From positions 448,001 to 512,000 of the forward strand of contig CAWCRS010000007.1 in assembly GCA_963798085.1 (NCBI GenBank): DNA of 64,000 bases. The letters are read 5' to 3'. Positions 1 through 10,751 of the stretch are shown piece by piece (position 1 is the stretch's first letter; each line of letters begins with the position of its first letter). The position numbers and the translations under genes were made by a program. The notes beneath the pieces are model-generated. The model was not told where the DNA came from, did no database searches, and saw only the letters and a program-made list of their open reading frames with translations. Source of the stretch: an uncultured Gemmatimonadales bacterium. Its GTDB lineage: Bacteria > Gemmatimonadota > Gemmatimonadetes > Longimicrobiales > RSA9.

Positions 1-287
1 CGGAGCAGCCGCGACTGCTGAACGGCGACGAAGTGGCGCGGGCGCTGGAGCGCAGCTATCCGCCGCTGCTCCGTGACGCGGGCATTGGTGGCACCGTGGT
101 CATGTGGTTCTACATTGATGAGGACGGTACGGTGCGGCGCCGGCAGGTCTACCAGAAGAGCGGCTACGATGCGCTCGACCAGGCGGCCGACAAGGTGTTC
201 GAGATCATGAAGTTTTCGCCCGCGAAGAACCGCGACAAGAAGGTTCCGGTGTGGGTGCAGATTCCCATCAATTTCAAGACGAAGTAG
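1..287 (+). CDS. tonB: Energy transducer TonB, C-terminal domain (5'-truncated by window edge)
   Basis: YPPLLRDAGIGGTVVMWFYIDEDG...SGYDALDQAA...FSPA...VWVQIPINF is a typical TonB C-domain, and exbB/exbD follow directly. Confidence 0.9.
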   Translation, partial: EQPRLLNGDEVARALERSYPPLLRDAGIGGTVVMWFYIDEDGTVRRRQVYQKSGYDALDQAADKVFEIMKFSPAKNRDKKVPVWVQIPINFKTK

Positions 288-360
288 ACAGCCCGGCACG
301 AGTCGGTGAGACCGGCGCCGGTGCCGAGCCGCGCGCCACGAACGAGAACAGGAGAGAGCA

Positions 361-1104
361 ATGGGTGTCAATCTGATCGACCTGTGGCACACGATGGGAT
401 GGTTCGCCAAAGGCATCGTGTATTTGCTGTTCTTGATGTCCATGTTCGTGGCGACGGTGACCATACGTAAGCTGTTCGTGCTGTGGAGCGCGCGGAAGGA
501 CACGCTGAAGTTCTCGCCGCTCTTCTCGAAGGCGCTGCAGGAAGAGGATTTCAGTGGTGCCGAGAAGCTGGTAGAGACGCACAAGAAGAGTCACCTGGCC
601 CAGGCGTTCCGGCGCGTGTTCGCGAGCCTGCGCTTCCACGCCAAGGACTTCGAATTGACGGCGGCGGAAGTGGCGTCGGTGCAGCGTCTCATCGAGCTGA
701 ACACGATCGAGCTGGTCGCCCGCTATCGCAGAGGTCTGGGCATTCTGGCCACGGTGGGATCCACGGCGCCGTTCGTCGGACTGCTCGGCACGACGATGGG
801 CGTGGTGAACTCGTTCGCCGGCATGGCGAACTCGGGCGGGGGTCTGGCCGCGGTGTCGGCCGGTATTTCGGAAGCACTGATCACGACGGCGTTCGGCCTG
901 ACGGTCGCGCTGCCTGCCGTGTGGCTGTACAACTACTTCGTCAACCGCATCGAGTACATCACGATGGAGATCACATACGGGACGAAGGAGTTCATGGACT
1001 TCCTGCTGCGCTACGAGGCGCGTCTGCGTGCCGAGGCGCCTGGCGGTGCGGTGGGGACGATGCGCGATCCGCGATCGGGCGCCGAACTCGCAGCCCGGCA
1101 CTGA
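361..1104 (+). CDS. exbB: MotA/TolQ/ExbB proton channel protein
   Basis: LATVGSTAPFVGLLGT and GISEALITTAFGL motifs; AGGAG RBS. Confidence 0.93.
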   Translation: MGVNLIDLWHTMGWFAKGIVYLLFLMSMFVATVTIRKLFVLWSARKDTLKFSPLFSKALQEEDFSGAEKLVETHKKSHLAQAFRRVFASLRFHAKDFELTAAEVASVQRLIELNTIELVARYRRGLGILATVGSTAPFVGLLGTTMGVVNSFAGMANSGGGLAAVSAGISEALITTAFGLTVALPAVWLYNYFVNRIEYITMEITYGTKEFMDFLLRYEARLRAEAPGGAVGTMRDPRSGAELAARH

Positions 1105-1123
1105 TTGAAGGCGAGGACGTCTC

Positions 1124-1552
1124 ATGGACGAAGATTTCAGCTCATCCAATGTGTTAGCGGACATCAACGTCACGCCCATGGTGGACGTGATGCTGGTGTT
1201 GCTGATCATCTTCATGGTGGTGACGCCGGCGCTGCTGGCCGGCTTCCAGGGTCAGCTGCCACAGGGTGAGCACCTGAAGGAGCGGCAGGACGATCCGAAC
1301 CGCGTGGAACTGGGCATCGACATGAACGGCGACTACTACCTGCAGAAGAAGGCGATCCGCAAGGAAGACGCGGGCACGCTTCTGAAGCAGCAGTTCGACG
1401 CGCGGCCTCAGGACAAGGTGCTGTTCATCAAGGCGGACAAGCGTCTGAAGTACAACGCGATCATCGAGGCGATGAGGGTGGCGCGGGATGCCGGCGCGCG
1501 GGTGACGGCGCTGGTGACCGAGAAGCCTGCCGGATCCAAGGAAAACAAGTAG
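1124..1552 (+). CDS. exbD: ExbD/TolR biopolymer transport protein
   Basis: INVTPMVDVMLVLLIIFMV signature. Confidence 0.93.
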   Translation: MDEDFSSSNVLADINVTPMVDVMLVLLIIFMVVTPALLAGFQGQLPQGEHLKERQDDPNRVELGIDMNGDYYLQKKAIRKEDAGTLLKQQFDARPQDKVLFIKADKRLKYNAIIEAMRVARDAGARVTALVTEKPAGSKENK

Positions 1553-1562
1553 GAGGCGCCCC

Positions 1563-1964
1563 ATGGCAATGGCAACTGGTGGTAGTCGGAAGGGGCCCGT
1601 CTCGGACATGAACGTCACGCCCATGATCGACGTTCTGCTCGTGCTGCTGGTGATCTTCATGATTGCACAGCCGATGCTGCAGAAGAGCATCGACATGCAG
1701 CTGCCCGAGGAGAAGAAGGAACAGGCGACTGCGGCGGCGCCGCAGATCGTGCTGGAGATCACCAAGGACGGGAAGTACCTGGTCAACACGAAAGAGGTGG
1801 CCAAAGCTGACCTTCAGGATTTCCTCACCAAGGTATTCGGCGGCGCCACGGATCAGGCGTTGATGGTGAGGGCAGATCCGGACGTGGTCTACCAGGACGT
1901 GATCGAGGCCATGGACGCCGCACGTGCCGCCGGCGTGTCGGTGATCGGAGCCATGGGCATCTGA
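1563..1964 (+). CDS. exbD: ExbD/TolR biopolymer transport protein (second copy)
   Basis: MNVTPMIDVLLVLLVIFMI signature; AGGAGG RBS. Confidence 0.93.
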   Translation: MAMATGGSRKGPVSDMNVTPMIDVLLVLLVIFMIAQPMLQKSIDMQLPEEKKEQATAAAPQIVLEITKDGKYLVNTKEVAKADLQDFLTKVFGGATDQALMVRADPDVVYQDVIEAMDAARAAGVSVIGAMGI

Positions 1965-1974
1965 TTGACACCTC

Positions 1975-2014
1975 CGACCCGCGGGAGCACCCACTCCCGC
2001 GGGTCGTTTCTCTC
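1975..2014 (+). terminator. Intrinsic terminator of the tonB-exbBDD operon
   Basis: Perfect 13-bp stem CGACCCGCGGGAG / CTCCCGCGGGTCG with a 6-nt loop, followed by TTTCTCTC. Confidence 0.8.
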
Positions 2015-2156
2015 CTGCCGGGCGCTCACGCTTCTCCCGCAGTCCAGCCGAGTTCGCCGCCATCCGGCACTGGTGTGGCATCGAGTCGCCATTGTGCACA
2101 GTGCGCGCACCTGACTACCGGGCGGAATCCCGCCGAATTACGTTGCTGAAGGAACC

Positions 2157-2720
2157 ATGCGAACGATCGTCTCATTGCAGGTGAATGGCGACCTCCTCGA
2201 GGTCGGCGTGCCCGAGCACTACACGCTGCTCGAAGCGCTGCGCTACGAGCTGGGCCTGACAGGCTCGAAGCAGGGCTGCGACAAGGGCGATTGCGGCGCG
2301 TGCACGGTGCTGCTCGATGGCGAGGCCGTGCTGTCGTGCATCACGCCCGTGGCGGAAGCGGTGGGCGCCGAGATCCTCACTGTGGAAGGACTCGCCGGTC
2401 CGGATGGGCTGCACCCGCTGCAGGATGCGTTCGACGTGTGCAATGCGGCGCAATGCGGGTTCTGCACACCGGGCGTACTGATGTCCGCGCACGGCCTGCT
2501 GCTGCGCAACGCGACGCCGAGCCGGCGCGAGATCCAGGAAGCGCTGTCCGGCAATCTCTGCCGCTGCACGGGCTACACGAAGATCTACGAGGCAGTGGAG
2601 CAGGCGGCCACGCAGCTGGCTGCGCAACGCGGAGCGCCGGCTGCTGCCGGCGCAGGTCCGGCAACGGCGAGTCAGCCCGGGTCGACAACGGCTCGGCAGG
2701 GAAAGCGAGTTTCGCCGTGA
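2157..2720 (+). CDS. 2x[2Fe-2S] small subunit of a xanthine-dehydrogenase-family Mo enzyme (HcrC/CoxS-like)
   Basis: GCDKGDCGAC...C and QCGFC...CRCTGY cysteine motifs. Confidence 0.93.
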   Translation: MRTIVSLQVNGDLLEVGVPEHYTLLEALRYELGLTGSKQGCDKGDCGACTVLLDGEAVLSCITPVAEAVGAEILTVEGLAGPDGLHPLQDAFDVCNAAQCGFCTPGVLMSAHGLLLRNATPSRREIQEALSGNLCRCTGYTKIYEAVEQAATQLAAQRGAPAAAGAGPATASQPGSTTARQGKRVSP

Positions 2721-5159
2721 GGCCGGAAGAGCTGCGCGTGCTGCAGGAGCAGGCGGCCATCGAGCCCGGTCAGCTGCCCGGGCTGATCGAGCAGGAGTTC
2801 GCGCTGATCGGCCGGCGCATGCGCAAGGTGGACGGGGCGGGCAAGGTGACCGGCAGTGCGGTCTACGCCGATGACATCGTGTTACCCGGCATGCTGCACG
2901 GCCGCATTCTGCGTTCGCCGCACCCGCACGCGCGCATCATCTCGATCGACGTTACGGCGGCTGAGGCGCTGCCCGGCGTGCACGCCGTGGTGACCGGCCG
3001 CGACATGCCCGAACCCTACTGCATCATTCCGTGGACGCGCGATGAGACCGCGCTCTGCGTGGACAAGGTACGCTTCATTGGCGACGGTGTGGCGGCGGTG
3101 GCCGCGATCGATGAGGACACGGCGCTGCGCGCGCTGGACCTCATCCGCGTGGAGTACGAGCTGCTGCCGCCCGTGCTGCAGCCGGAGCAGGCGCTGGCGC
3201 CCGACGCGCCGCAGGTGCACGCGGCGTCGAAGCCGGGGCGCAACGGCAACATCACCAAGCACGTGCATCTCGAGTTCGGCGATGTGGACAGCGCGCTCGC
3301 GTCCAGCGATGTGATCATCGAGGACGATTACTTCTTCGAGGGCACCACGCACACACCCATCGAGCCGCACTGCGCGCTCGGCTGGTGCGATCCGCTGGGC
3401 AAGCTCACGGTCTGGTCGTCGACACAGGTGCCTCACTATCTGCAGCGCGAGCTGGCGCGCGTACTGGGCCTGGACGTGGCGAAGGTGCGCGTGGTGCAGC
3501 CGGTCGTGGGCGGCGCCTTCGGGGGAAAGTCCGAGCCGTTCGATCTCGAGTTCTGCGTGGCCAAGCTGTCGATGAAGAGCGGCCGGCCGGTGAAGATCCT
3601 GTACACACGCGAAGAGGTCTTCTACTCGCATCGCGGCCGGCATCCGATGAAGATGCGCTACCGGCTGGGCGCGGGAGCCGACGGGCACATCCGCGCCGTC
3701 GACGGCCGCATCCTGATCGACGGCGGGGCCTACGCCTCGTTCGGGCTGGTAACAACGTATTACTCTGGTCAGCTGCTCACCGCGCCCTACGCATTCGACA
3801 CGTACCGGTTCGACTCGACGCGCGTGTACACGAACAAGCCGCCCTGCGGACCCAAGCGCGGCCACGGCTCGGTGCAGCCGCGCTTCGGCTTCGAGGTTCA
3901 GCTGGACAAGCTCGCCGAGGTGCTGGAGCTGGATCCCATCGAGCTGCGGCGGCGCAATTTCATCGGCGAACGCACACGCACGGTGAACGAGCTGCGCGTC
4001 ACATCGAACGGATTCCTGCAGTGTCTGGATGCGGTGGAGCAGGCCAGCGACTGGAAACACAAATGGCGCCGCCTGCCGCATGGTCGCGGAATCGGCGTGG
4101 CCGGTTCCTGCTACATTTCGGGCACGAACTACCCCATCTATCCGAACGAGATGCCGCAGGCGGCCGTGCAGATCATGGTGGAGCGCTCGGGTCGCGTGAT
4201 GGTGCTGTCGGGTGCTTCGGAAATCGGACAGGGTTCGGACAGCGTCGTCGCCTACATCACGGCGGAGGAACTGGGCGTACCGGTCGACTACGTGCGCGTG
4301 CGCTCCGCGGATACCGACCTCGTGCCGGTGGACCTGGGCGCATACTCGTCACGCGAGACGTTCATGGTGGGGAACGCGTGTCTGGCCGCGGCGCGCGAGC
4401 TGAAGCACCGCGTCAAAAGGGTGCTTGCCGAGGCGTGGGAAGTGCCCGAGGCGAGGGTGGCACTGGCCGGCGGCTGGGCGTGCGACACCGAGGACGTGAG
4501 CCGGCGCGTCGCCATCTCCGAGGCGTTCAACATTGTGGAGGCGAAGCAGGGTCCCCTGTCCGCCGTGGGCTGGTACAACACGCCAAAGGACGTGCATGGC
4601 GAGTACCGCGGCGGCACGATCGGCGCCTCACCCGCCTACTCGTTCACGGCGCACATCGCGGAAGTTGCGGTGGACACGGACACCGGCGTCGTGCGTGTAG
4701 AGCGAATCTGGGTTGCGCACGACTGCGGCCGCGCACTGAATCCGGTGCTTGTCGAAGGCCAGATGGAAGGCTCGGCCTACATGGGCTTTGGCGAAGCGCT
4801 CATGGAGGAGCAGGTGTTCAAGGACGCGGCGCACGGCCGCGCCGGCCTGCACAATGCACCGTCGCTGCTGGATTACCGTATTCCCACATCGCTGGACACG
4901 CCCGAGCTGTGCGCACTGATCGTCGAGAGCGTGGATCCCGAGGGCCCGTATGGCGCCAAGGAAGCCGGCGAGGGCCCGCTGCATCCGATCGATCCCCGCG
5001 ATTGCTAACGCAATATTCGACGCCATTGGCGTGCGTATGGACGCGCTGCCCTTCTCGCCGCCGCGCGTCTGGAAAGCGTTGCAGGACGAAGCCGCGCGCG
5101 ACCGCTGGGAACGATCCCACCACAGAGCGACGCGCACCATTCACCGCAGTGTGGGCTGA
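2717..5159 (+). CDS. Molybdopterin-binding large subunit, 4-hydroxybenzoyl-CoA reductase alpha (HcrA)-like; +1 frameshift near 4988
   Basis: GTG start overlaps the upstream stop (GTGA). Motifs [53 protein letters not shown]. The conserved tail [19 protein letters not shown] is in the 4950-5159 frame. Confidence 0.88.
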
Positions 5160-5227
5160 GGGGCGCGGAGGATCCGAGGCCTGCTGGCTGAGGTCCCAGC
5201 AGAGGGATCAACGGGTTTCTGCTTCAA

Positions 5228-5624
5228 ACGGATTCACCGCGGAGGGTGTGGAAGCCGCCGAGGGCGTTGTTTTGCTGCCTTCCCAGGGGCGTTGACCGTG
5301 AAGGGTGGAGCGATTGCTGCGGCGCAGGATCGCTGTGTCATTGCAGCGGCGGTGAGTCAGACGCGGGGTTTGCCATTCAGCGGTAGCGCCGTTTTGAACA
5401 CGCCGGGTACCCTCTCATGCAGTTCGTGCCTCGATTACAGTCCCCGAAAACATGGTGTTTGTTGAATCGCGGTAGCGTGCCGCGTCGTCGCCTTTGGTTT
5501 TGCCATGCTGTTTGCTTTCCCGGCACGTTGCGCTCGCAGCGCGCATTCGTTGATCCGTTTGTCTGAAGTACGCGCCGGGAAGCTGGATCTCCGCGCCTCT
5601 CCGCGCCCACTGCGGTGCATCCGT
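5228..5624. repeat. Long-range inverted repeat pair of the REP-like family 1
   Basis: ACGGATTCACCGCGGAGGGTGTGGA (5228-5252) matches the reverse complement of 5600-5624 at 20/25 positions. Confidence 0.55.
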
Positions 5625-5696
5625 CTGTGAGCTGAAACGGCCAGGGAGCAGCGAGCGTAGTATGAGCTGCCGATAGCCTGCACTGCGAGGTTCGTC

Positions 5697-8087
5697 ATGG
5701 ATCGGATCCGCCAGGACGTTCGTTTTGCCATTCGTTCACTGATCAACAGCCCGCTGGTCACGACGGCTGCGGTGTTGTCGCTGGGGCTGGGGATCGGTGC
5801 GAATGCCAGCATCTTCAGCGCGATCGATGTGTTCATGATCCGGCCGCTGGAGTTCGAGCAGGCGGACAATCTGGTTGTGGTATGGACGACGAATCGGCAG
5901 CGGGGCTGGAATTCGTTCAGCTCTTCGGTACCGGACTATCTGGACTGGCGGAGGGAAAGCCGGACCATGGATCTGGCTGCGTGGGGTGGGGGCGGTGTGA
6001 ATCTCACGGGCCGGGATGAACCGGAGCGGCTGACGGTCTACCGGGTGACACCCAACTTCTTCGATGTGTTGCGCAAGCGGCCGGTGGTGGGCCGTGGTTT
6101 TCGTGCGGCGGAGGAACAGGCGGGCGGACCCAATGTCGTGATTCTGGGCGATGGTCTCTGGCAGCGCAGCTTCGGCGGCGATCCCGGTGTGGTGGGGCGC
6201 ACCATCAACCTGAACGGCGACCCCTACCAGGTCATTGGCATCATGCCGCCCAGGGTGGACTTCCAGCGGGATCCGGACCTCTGGCTGCCCATGCGTTTCG
6301 CGGGGGATGAGCTGCGCGGCACGCGTTTCCTCCAGATTCTGGGTCGCATACGCGACGGGCAGGATCTGAACGCGGCGCGCACCGAGATGAATGCGATCCA
6401 GGCGAGGCTGTCGGCGGCATTTCCGGCGAGCAACGCGGGGAACGGCGCGCGCCTCGAGCGGCTGCAGGACGACTGGTTCGACGAGGGCTTCCGGCAGGGC
6501 AGCCTCATTGCGGGGACGGCGGTGCTGTTCGTGCTGCTCATCGCCTGCTCCAACGTGGCTAACCTGCTGTTGGCGCGGGCGGCCGGACGCGAGCGGGAAA
6601 TCGCGCTGCGAGGCGCCCTGGGCGCCGGCCGCGTGCGCATCCTGCGCCAGATGTTCACGGAGAACATGGTGCTGGCGCTGGCGGGCGGCGTGCTCGGGCT
6701 GATGCTGGCAGTGGCGGGGGTTCCCGGGATCCGTGCGCTGTTCCCACCCGGTATGCGGGGCGTCAATGGCATCGCCCTGAACGCGCGCGTGGTCGTCTTC
6801 ACCATGGCGGTCTCGATCTTCTCCGGAATGCTGTTCGGACTGGCGCCGGCCGTGCGCACGGCGCGATTGAACCTGCGCGATCTGCTGACCGACGGCGGCC
6901 GGGGCAACACGGTCACCCGTGGCGGCCGGCTGCGCACGGGCCTGGTGATCGCGGAAATCAGCCTGTCACTGGTACTGCTGGTGGCTTCGACGCTGCTGGT
7001 CGAAGCATTCGTGAAGCTGCGCAGAGCCGACCTGGGATTCCGGGTGAAGGACGTGGTCACCATGTCGCTGACACTGCCCACGGCGCAGTACAGGGATGCG
7101 GAACACGTGGCGGCATTCCAGTCGCAGCTGCTGGATCGCATCGGGCAGCTGCCGGGCGTGGTGGACGCGGGGGGTACGAGCATCCTGCCCATGCACGGCA
7201 ACACTGGCACCGCCTACACGGTGCCGGGGGAGCCGGCGCCGGAGCCGGGCCGGGAACCGGTCGTCAGCGTGCGCACTGTAACACCCGGTTATTTCGAGGC
7301 TATCGGCATCCGTCAGGTATCGGGCCGCAGTTTCACGCGCAGTGACACGCGCAATGCGCCCGGGGTGGTGGTGATCAACGAGCTGATGGCGGCGCGGCAC
7401 TGGCCGGGGCAGAGCGCCATCGGCCAGCGGCTGCGCTTCGACAGCACGCAGTACGAAGTGGTGGGCGTGGTGGCGAACACGCGTGATGCCGGGCCAGACG
7501 ACGAGCCGGACCGCATGGTCTACTTCTCGGCCTACCAGAGCGAGGTTCGCACGCTGAACCTGGCGATACACACCAGCCTGCCGCCGGACCGCGTGGCGGA
7601 GAGCATTCGCGCGGCGGTGCGCGCGCTCGATCCGCAACAGCCGGTCTACAACCTGAACACACTGGAAGGCACTCTGCGCAACGAGATCGCCGGATCACTG
7701 GCAATGGCGAAGGTGCTGGGCGTGCTGGCGCTCATTGCGTTCATTCTTGCCGGGGTGGGTGTGTACGGCGTCATGGCGTACTCGGTGACGCAGCGCACGA
7801 TGGAGATGGGCATCCGCATGGCGCTGGGCGCGCAGCCGGTGAATGTGCTGGGTCTGGTGCTGCGCCGCGGCGCACTCATCACGGGTGCGGGCGTGGCGAT
7901 CGGGCTGGGGATGGCGCTCAGTGTGACGCGATTGCTCTCCTTCTTTCTGTACGGGGTTTCGCCGTTCAATCCGCTCGCTTTCACCATCGTGCCGCTGCTG
8001 CTGGTGCTGACCGGCATGTTCGCGACCTGGGTGCCGGCGCGGCGGGCCACGCGTGTAGATCCGGTGAGGGCTCTGCGGATCGACTGA
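5697..8087 (+). CDS. Duplicated MacB/FtsX-family ABC permease (ADOP type)
   Basis: QDVRFAIRSL...LGLGIGAN; LLIACSNVANLLLAR..REREIALRGALGAGR; second half QRTMEMGIRMALGA..PARRATRVDP. Confidence 0.93.
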   Translation: MDRIRQDVRFAIRSLINSPLVTTAAVLSLGLGIGANASIFSAIDVFMIRPLEFEQADNLVVVWTTNRQRGWNSFSSSVPDYLDWRRESRTMDLAAWGGGGVNLTGRDEPERLTVYRVTPNFFDVLRKRPVVGRGFRAAEEQAGGPNVVILGDGLWQRSFGGDPGVVGRTINLNGDPYQVIGIMPPRVDFQRDPDLWLPMRFAGDELRGTRFLQILGRIRDGQDLNAARTEMNAIQARLSAAFPASNAGNGARLERLQDDWFDEGFRQGSLIAGTAVLFVLLIACSNVANLLLARAAGREREIALRGALGAGRVRILRQMFTENMVLALAGGVLGLMLAVAGVPGIRALFPPGMRGVNGIALNARVVVFTMAVSIFSGMLFGLAPAVRTARLNLRDLLTDGGRGNTVTRGGRLRTGLVIAEISLSLVLLVASTLLVEAFVKLRRADLGFRVKDVVTMSLTLPTAQYRDAEHVAAFQSQLLDRIGQLPGVVDAGGTSILPMHGNTGTAYTVPGEPAPEPGREPVVSVRTVTPGYFEAIGIRQVSGRSFTRSDTRNAPGVVVINELMAARHWPGQSAIGQRLRFDSTQYEVVGVVANTRDAGPDDEPDRMVYFSAYQSEVRTLNLAIHTSLPPDRVAESIRAAVRALDPQQPVYNLNTLEGTLRNEIAGSLAMAKVLGVLALIAFILAGVGVYGVMAYSVTQRTMEMGIRMALGAQPVNVLGLVLRRGALITGAGVAIGLGMALSVTRLLSFFLYGVSPFNPLAFTIVPLLLVLTGMFATWVPARRATRVDPVRALRID

Positions 8088-8162
8088 GGCTGCGGGTGGC
8101 GTGCGGGCATGGCGTCGGGGCGTTACCTCCTGCGGGTGGGTAGTTCCCGGCGAACGGATGCT

Positions 8163-8195
8163 AACGGATTGTTTCACACAGAGGACACAGGGGGC
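8163..8195 (+). repeat. Half copy of REP-like family 1 (AACGGATTGTTTCACACAGAGGACACAG)
   Basis: Resembles the left arms at 34981-35010 and 43298-43330. Confidence 0.55.
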
Positions 8196-8369
8196 GGAGG
8201 GGCGCGGCAGTCGGCGACGCCGCGCGAGGATCTGATCGTACCGCCCAGGGCACTGCAGCAGGTGGAGCGGCCTTCGTGGCGATGCGGGTTCGGGTGCGTG
8301 AGGGTGTGTGGGGAGGTACCGCGCGGCTGGGGGACCTGGCGTTCTGACAAACTGTTAGGGAGGGCGTTG

Positions 8370-8956
8370 ATGGTCCCGCGGGAGACGCTGTCTCTGGGGA
8401 TGGCGCCGGGGCGGGCGGTGGTGGTGCGCCATGATGCGGGGCGGCCGGGGAGTTCGAGAGGGTGCGGGCGGAGCTGGCGGCGGCATTGCCGGCGTGGGTG
8501 GCGTCGATCCATCACGTGGGGAGCACGTCGGTTCCGGGACTGGATGCGAAGCCGATCATCGACATCCTCGCGGGCGTGCCGGAAACTGAGCAGGGGGCTC
8601 GAGCTGGTGCCGGTGCTGGAAGCGCTGGGGTTCGAGTATCGCCCGGGCGACGGCCTGCCGGATCGCCACTATCTTGCGCGATCGGCGGGCGGGCTGCGGG
8701 TGCATCACCTTTCGCTGGCAGAGCCCGGGTCACGCCATTTCCGCAATGCCCTGATCTCCAGGGATGCGTTGCGCGCCATGCCGGACTTGCCCGACAGTAC
8801 GCGGCGTTGAAACACCGCCTCGCGGACGAAGTGGGCGAGATCCGGTTTGCCTACCTCAATGGCAAGACCGACTTCATACTCTCGGTGCTGCGTGATCACG
8901 GTGGCGATGTCGAAGGCGACTTCCCGTGGCGGAACCTGGGAGCAGACGCGCGCTGA
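8370..8956 (+). pseudogene. GrpB/UPF0157 nucleotidyltransferase-like protein broken by about three frameshifts
   Basis: IHHVGSTSVPGLDAKPIIDI and YAALK..LA..AYLNGKTDFI lie in one frame; LEALGFEY..DRHYL..VHHLSL and the N-terminus lie in another. Confidence 0.75.
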
Positions 8957-9067
8957 ATCGATCCGGCCTGCCTGCGTGTCATTTCTTCGTCACGATCCCA
9001 GTCCCGTCGTCCGGCTCACCTGCCCTAACGATCTGTCAGGTCGGCCGGTGCCGGCTCCGCGACCGCA

Positions 9068-10594
9068 TCATCGGCCACGGCCAGCATCGGGTGGCTGGAA
9101 TTTCAGCTGAATGAGGGCATCGAGCGCCGCCCGTCGGATCTCTGGGCGAGGGTGCTTTTCGGCCAGTTCGCTGAGGAGGTCGCGGACCGTGTCGGCCTTC
9201 ACCTGAACGAGGAAGCGCACGGCGCTGCGCTGCACTTCGGGGCGGGGATGGTCCCAGGCGATGCGGCGAAGCTCGCGGGCGGCGGCCTCGGGCGGCTCGG
9301 TACGGACCAGGCCCTGGATGGCGCGCTGCTGCACGCGGAGACTGGGGTGCGTGTCGACGAGCGAGGTGAGGATGGAGAGGATGCGATCGTCGCGAATGCT
9401 GTTGAGGGCGTCGACGGCACGCAGCTCGACCGTGGTGTCCGGGTCGGTGCGTGCGATGCGCGCGAGCAGGTCGATGGTGGCGCGCGGTGCGGGCAGCCCG
9501 CGCTGCTGCGCGACGAGCGTGAGCATGGCCTGACCGCGAACCGCGGCCTGCGCAGTGTCCCCGCCGGGGCGCTGGACGAGATCGACGAGAGCGCGGAAGG
9601 CGCGTTCGTCGCCTACAATGCCCAGGGTCTGCACCGCTTCACGGCGAATGCGGCTGTCCTTGTCCTGGCGGGCCAGCCGGTCGAGCAGATCGACGGCAGG
9701 CCCGGGCGCAGCGGCGCGGCCGAACGCGCGCACGGCGGTGGTGCGCACGGCGAAGCTCGTGTCCTCCTGCGCGGCCCGGGACAATGCGGCCACGGCATCG
9801 GGCTGCTGGAAGGTACCCAACCACTGCGCGGCCTCGCGACGGACGCCGGCATCGAGACTGTGGTCGTCGAGCCAGGCGCGCAGCGCCGGTGGCAATGTGC
9901 CGGGGTCATGCGCGATGCCGGTCATGGCGACGGCGGCCTGGCGCATGGCGTCCTCGCTCAGAGTGGAGAACAGGCTGCGGGTGCGTTCCACGCTCTCGGC
10001 CGGAGTGGCACCCCCCAGCCAGAGCAGGGCGCCACCATCGAAATGGACGGGGAACGCGAAGCTGCCAATGTGGACGCGCACCGGCACGGCGCGGCCGTCC
10101 TGCACTTCGTAGCGCACGAGCAGCGTGATGTCGTGCAGGTTGCGCGCGCCGACCATTGGAGCGAGCGGCACACCGGAGAAGGTGATGCCACCGGAGAAGC
10201 TGCCGAAGGACCAGGAGCCGTAGATGGTGGATGCAACGTAGGGCAGGCTGGCGTTTGCCGGGCGAGGCGGGGGTACATGCCGGTCCATGTTGTACCAGAC
10301 GGTGCCGGTCGTGTCGCCGGGAACGGTCCAGGCCAGCCACCAGGCGGTGAGTCGGCGATCCCGGGCCGTGCGCTCGGCCCAGGTCCAGCGCGCACGCAGG
10401 TCACCGGCATCCGCCGCGATGAGGACGGTGTCGGGTGCGGCGCGGCCGGTATCCGGCAGTACTTCAACCGTCTCGGCGCGGAGACGTGCAGCAGTCGCCG
10501 GGGGTCGGGGCGCGAGTCCTGGCTCGGGCGCTGTGGATGCGGGGGATCCGATTGACGACGACAGCAGCAGAATCAGCGCTGTGCGCGTGATCAT
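9068..10594 (-). CDS. Secreted HEAT-repeat protein
   Basis: Signal peptide MITRTALILLLSSS; repeated helical units such as VRREAAQWLG, VRTTAVRAFG, IRREAVQTLG, IRRAALDAL. Confidence 0.8.
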   Translation of the reverse strand: MITRTALILLLSSSIGSPASTAPEPGLAPRPPATAARLRAETVEVLPDTGRAAPDTVLIAADAGDLRARWTWAERTARDRRLTAWWLAWTVPGDTTGTVWYNMDRHVPPPRPANASLPYVASTIYGSWSFGSFSGGITFSGVPLAPMVGARNLHDITLLVRYEVQDGRAVPVRVHIGSFAFPVHFDGGALLWLGGATPAESVERTRSLFSTLSEDAMRQAAVAMTGIAHDPGTLPPALRAWLDDHSLDAGVRREAAQWLGTFQQPDAVAALSRAAQEDTSFAVRTTAVRAFGRAAAPGPAVDLLDRLARQDKDSRIRREAVQTLGIVGDERAFRALVDLVQRPGGDTAQAAVRGQAMLTLVAQQRGLPAPRATIDLLARIARTDPDTTVELRAVDALNSIRDDRILSILTSLVDTHPSLRVQQRAIQGLVRTEPPEAAARELRRIAWDHPRPEVQRSAVRFLVQVKADTVRDLLSELAEKHPRPEIRRAALDALIQLKFQPPDAGRGR

Positions 10595-10751
10595 CGAGGC
10601 TCTCCGATTTCGTGTCGACCCGGCCTGGTGTCTTTCCGGCTCTCCCGATTGGTCACCGCGGGGGGCGTGGCGGTTGCAGAAAGGCAGCGGCTGCGCCTTG
10701 CGGTACCGTGCGGCTGGTGGGATCATCGGATGGGCGAGGACGAGGAAAGCG

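Noticed and set aside
2717..5159. Aerobic CO dehydrogenase large subunit (coxL)
   Set aside because: The active-site loop is GAYSSR, not AYxCSFR or AYxGAGR, and the FAD subunit has the HcrB-type Fe-S insert
3385..5295. Long alternative-frame and antisense ORFs (e.g. 3385-5295, 23800-25332, 38361-40178, 53543-55174, 61359-62846)
   Set aside because: Shadow ORFs expected in high-GC DNA; they overlap well-supported genes and show no recognisable motifs
5501..5516. TGCCATGCTGTTTGCT as a sigma-54 promoter for the permease
   Set aside because: The invariant -24 GG is GC
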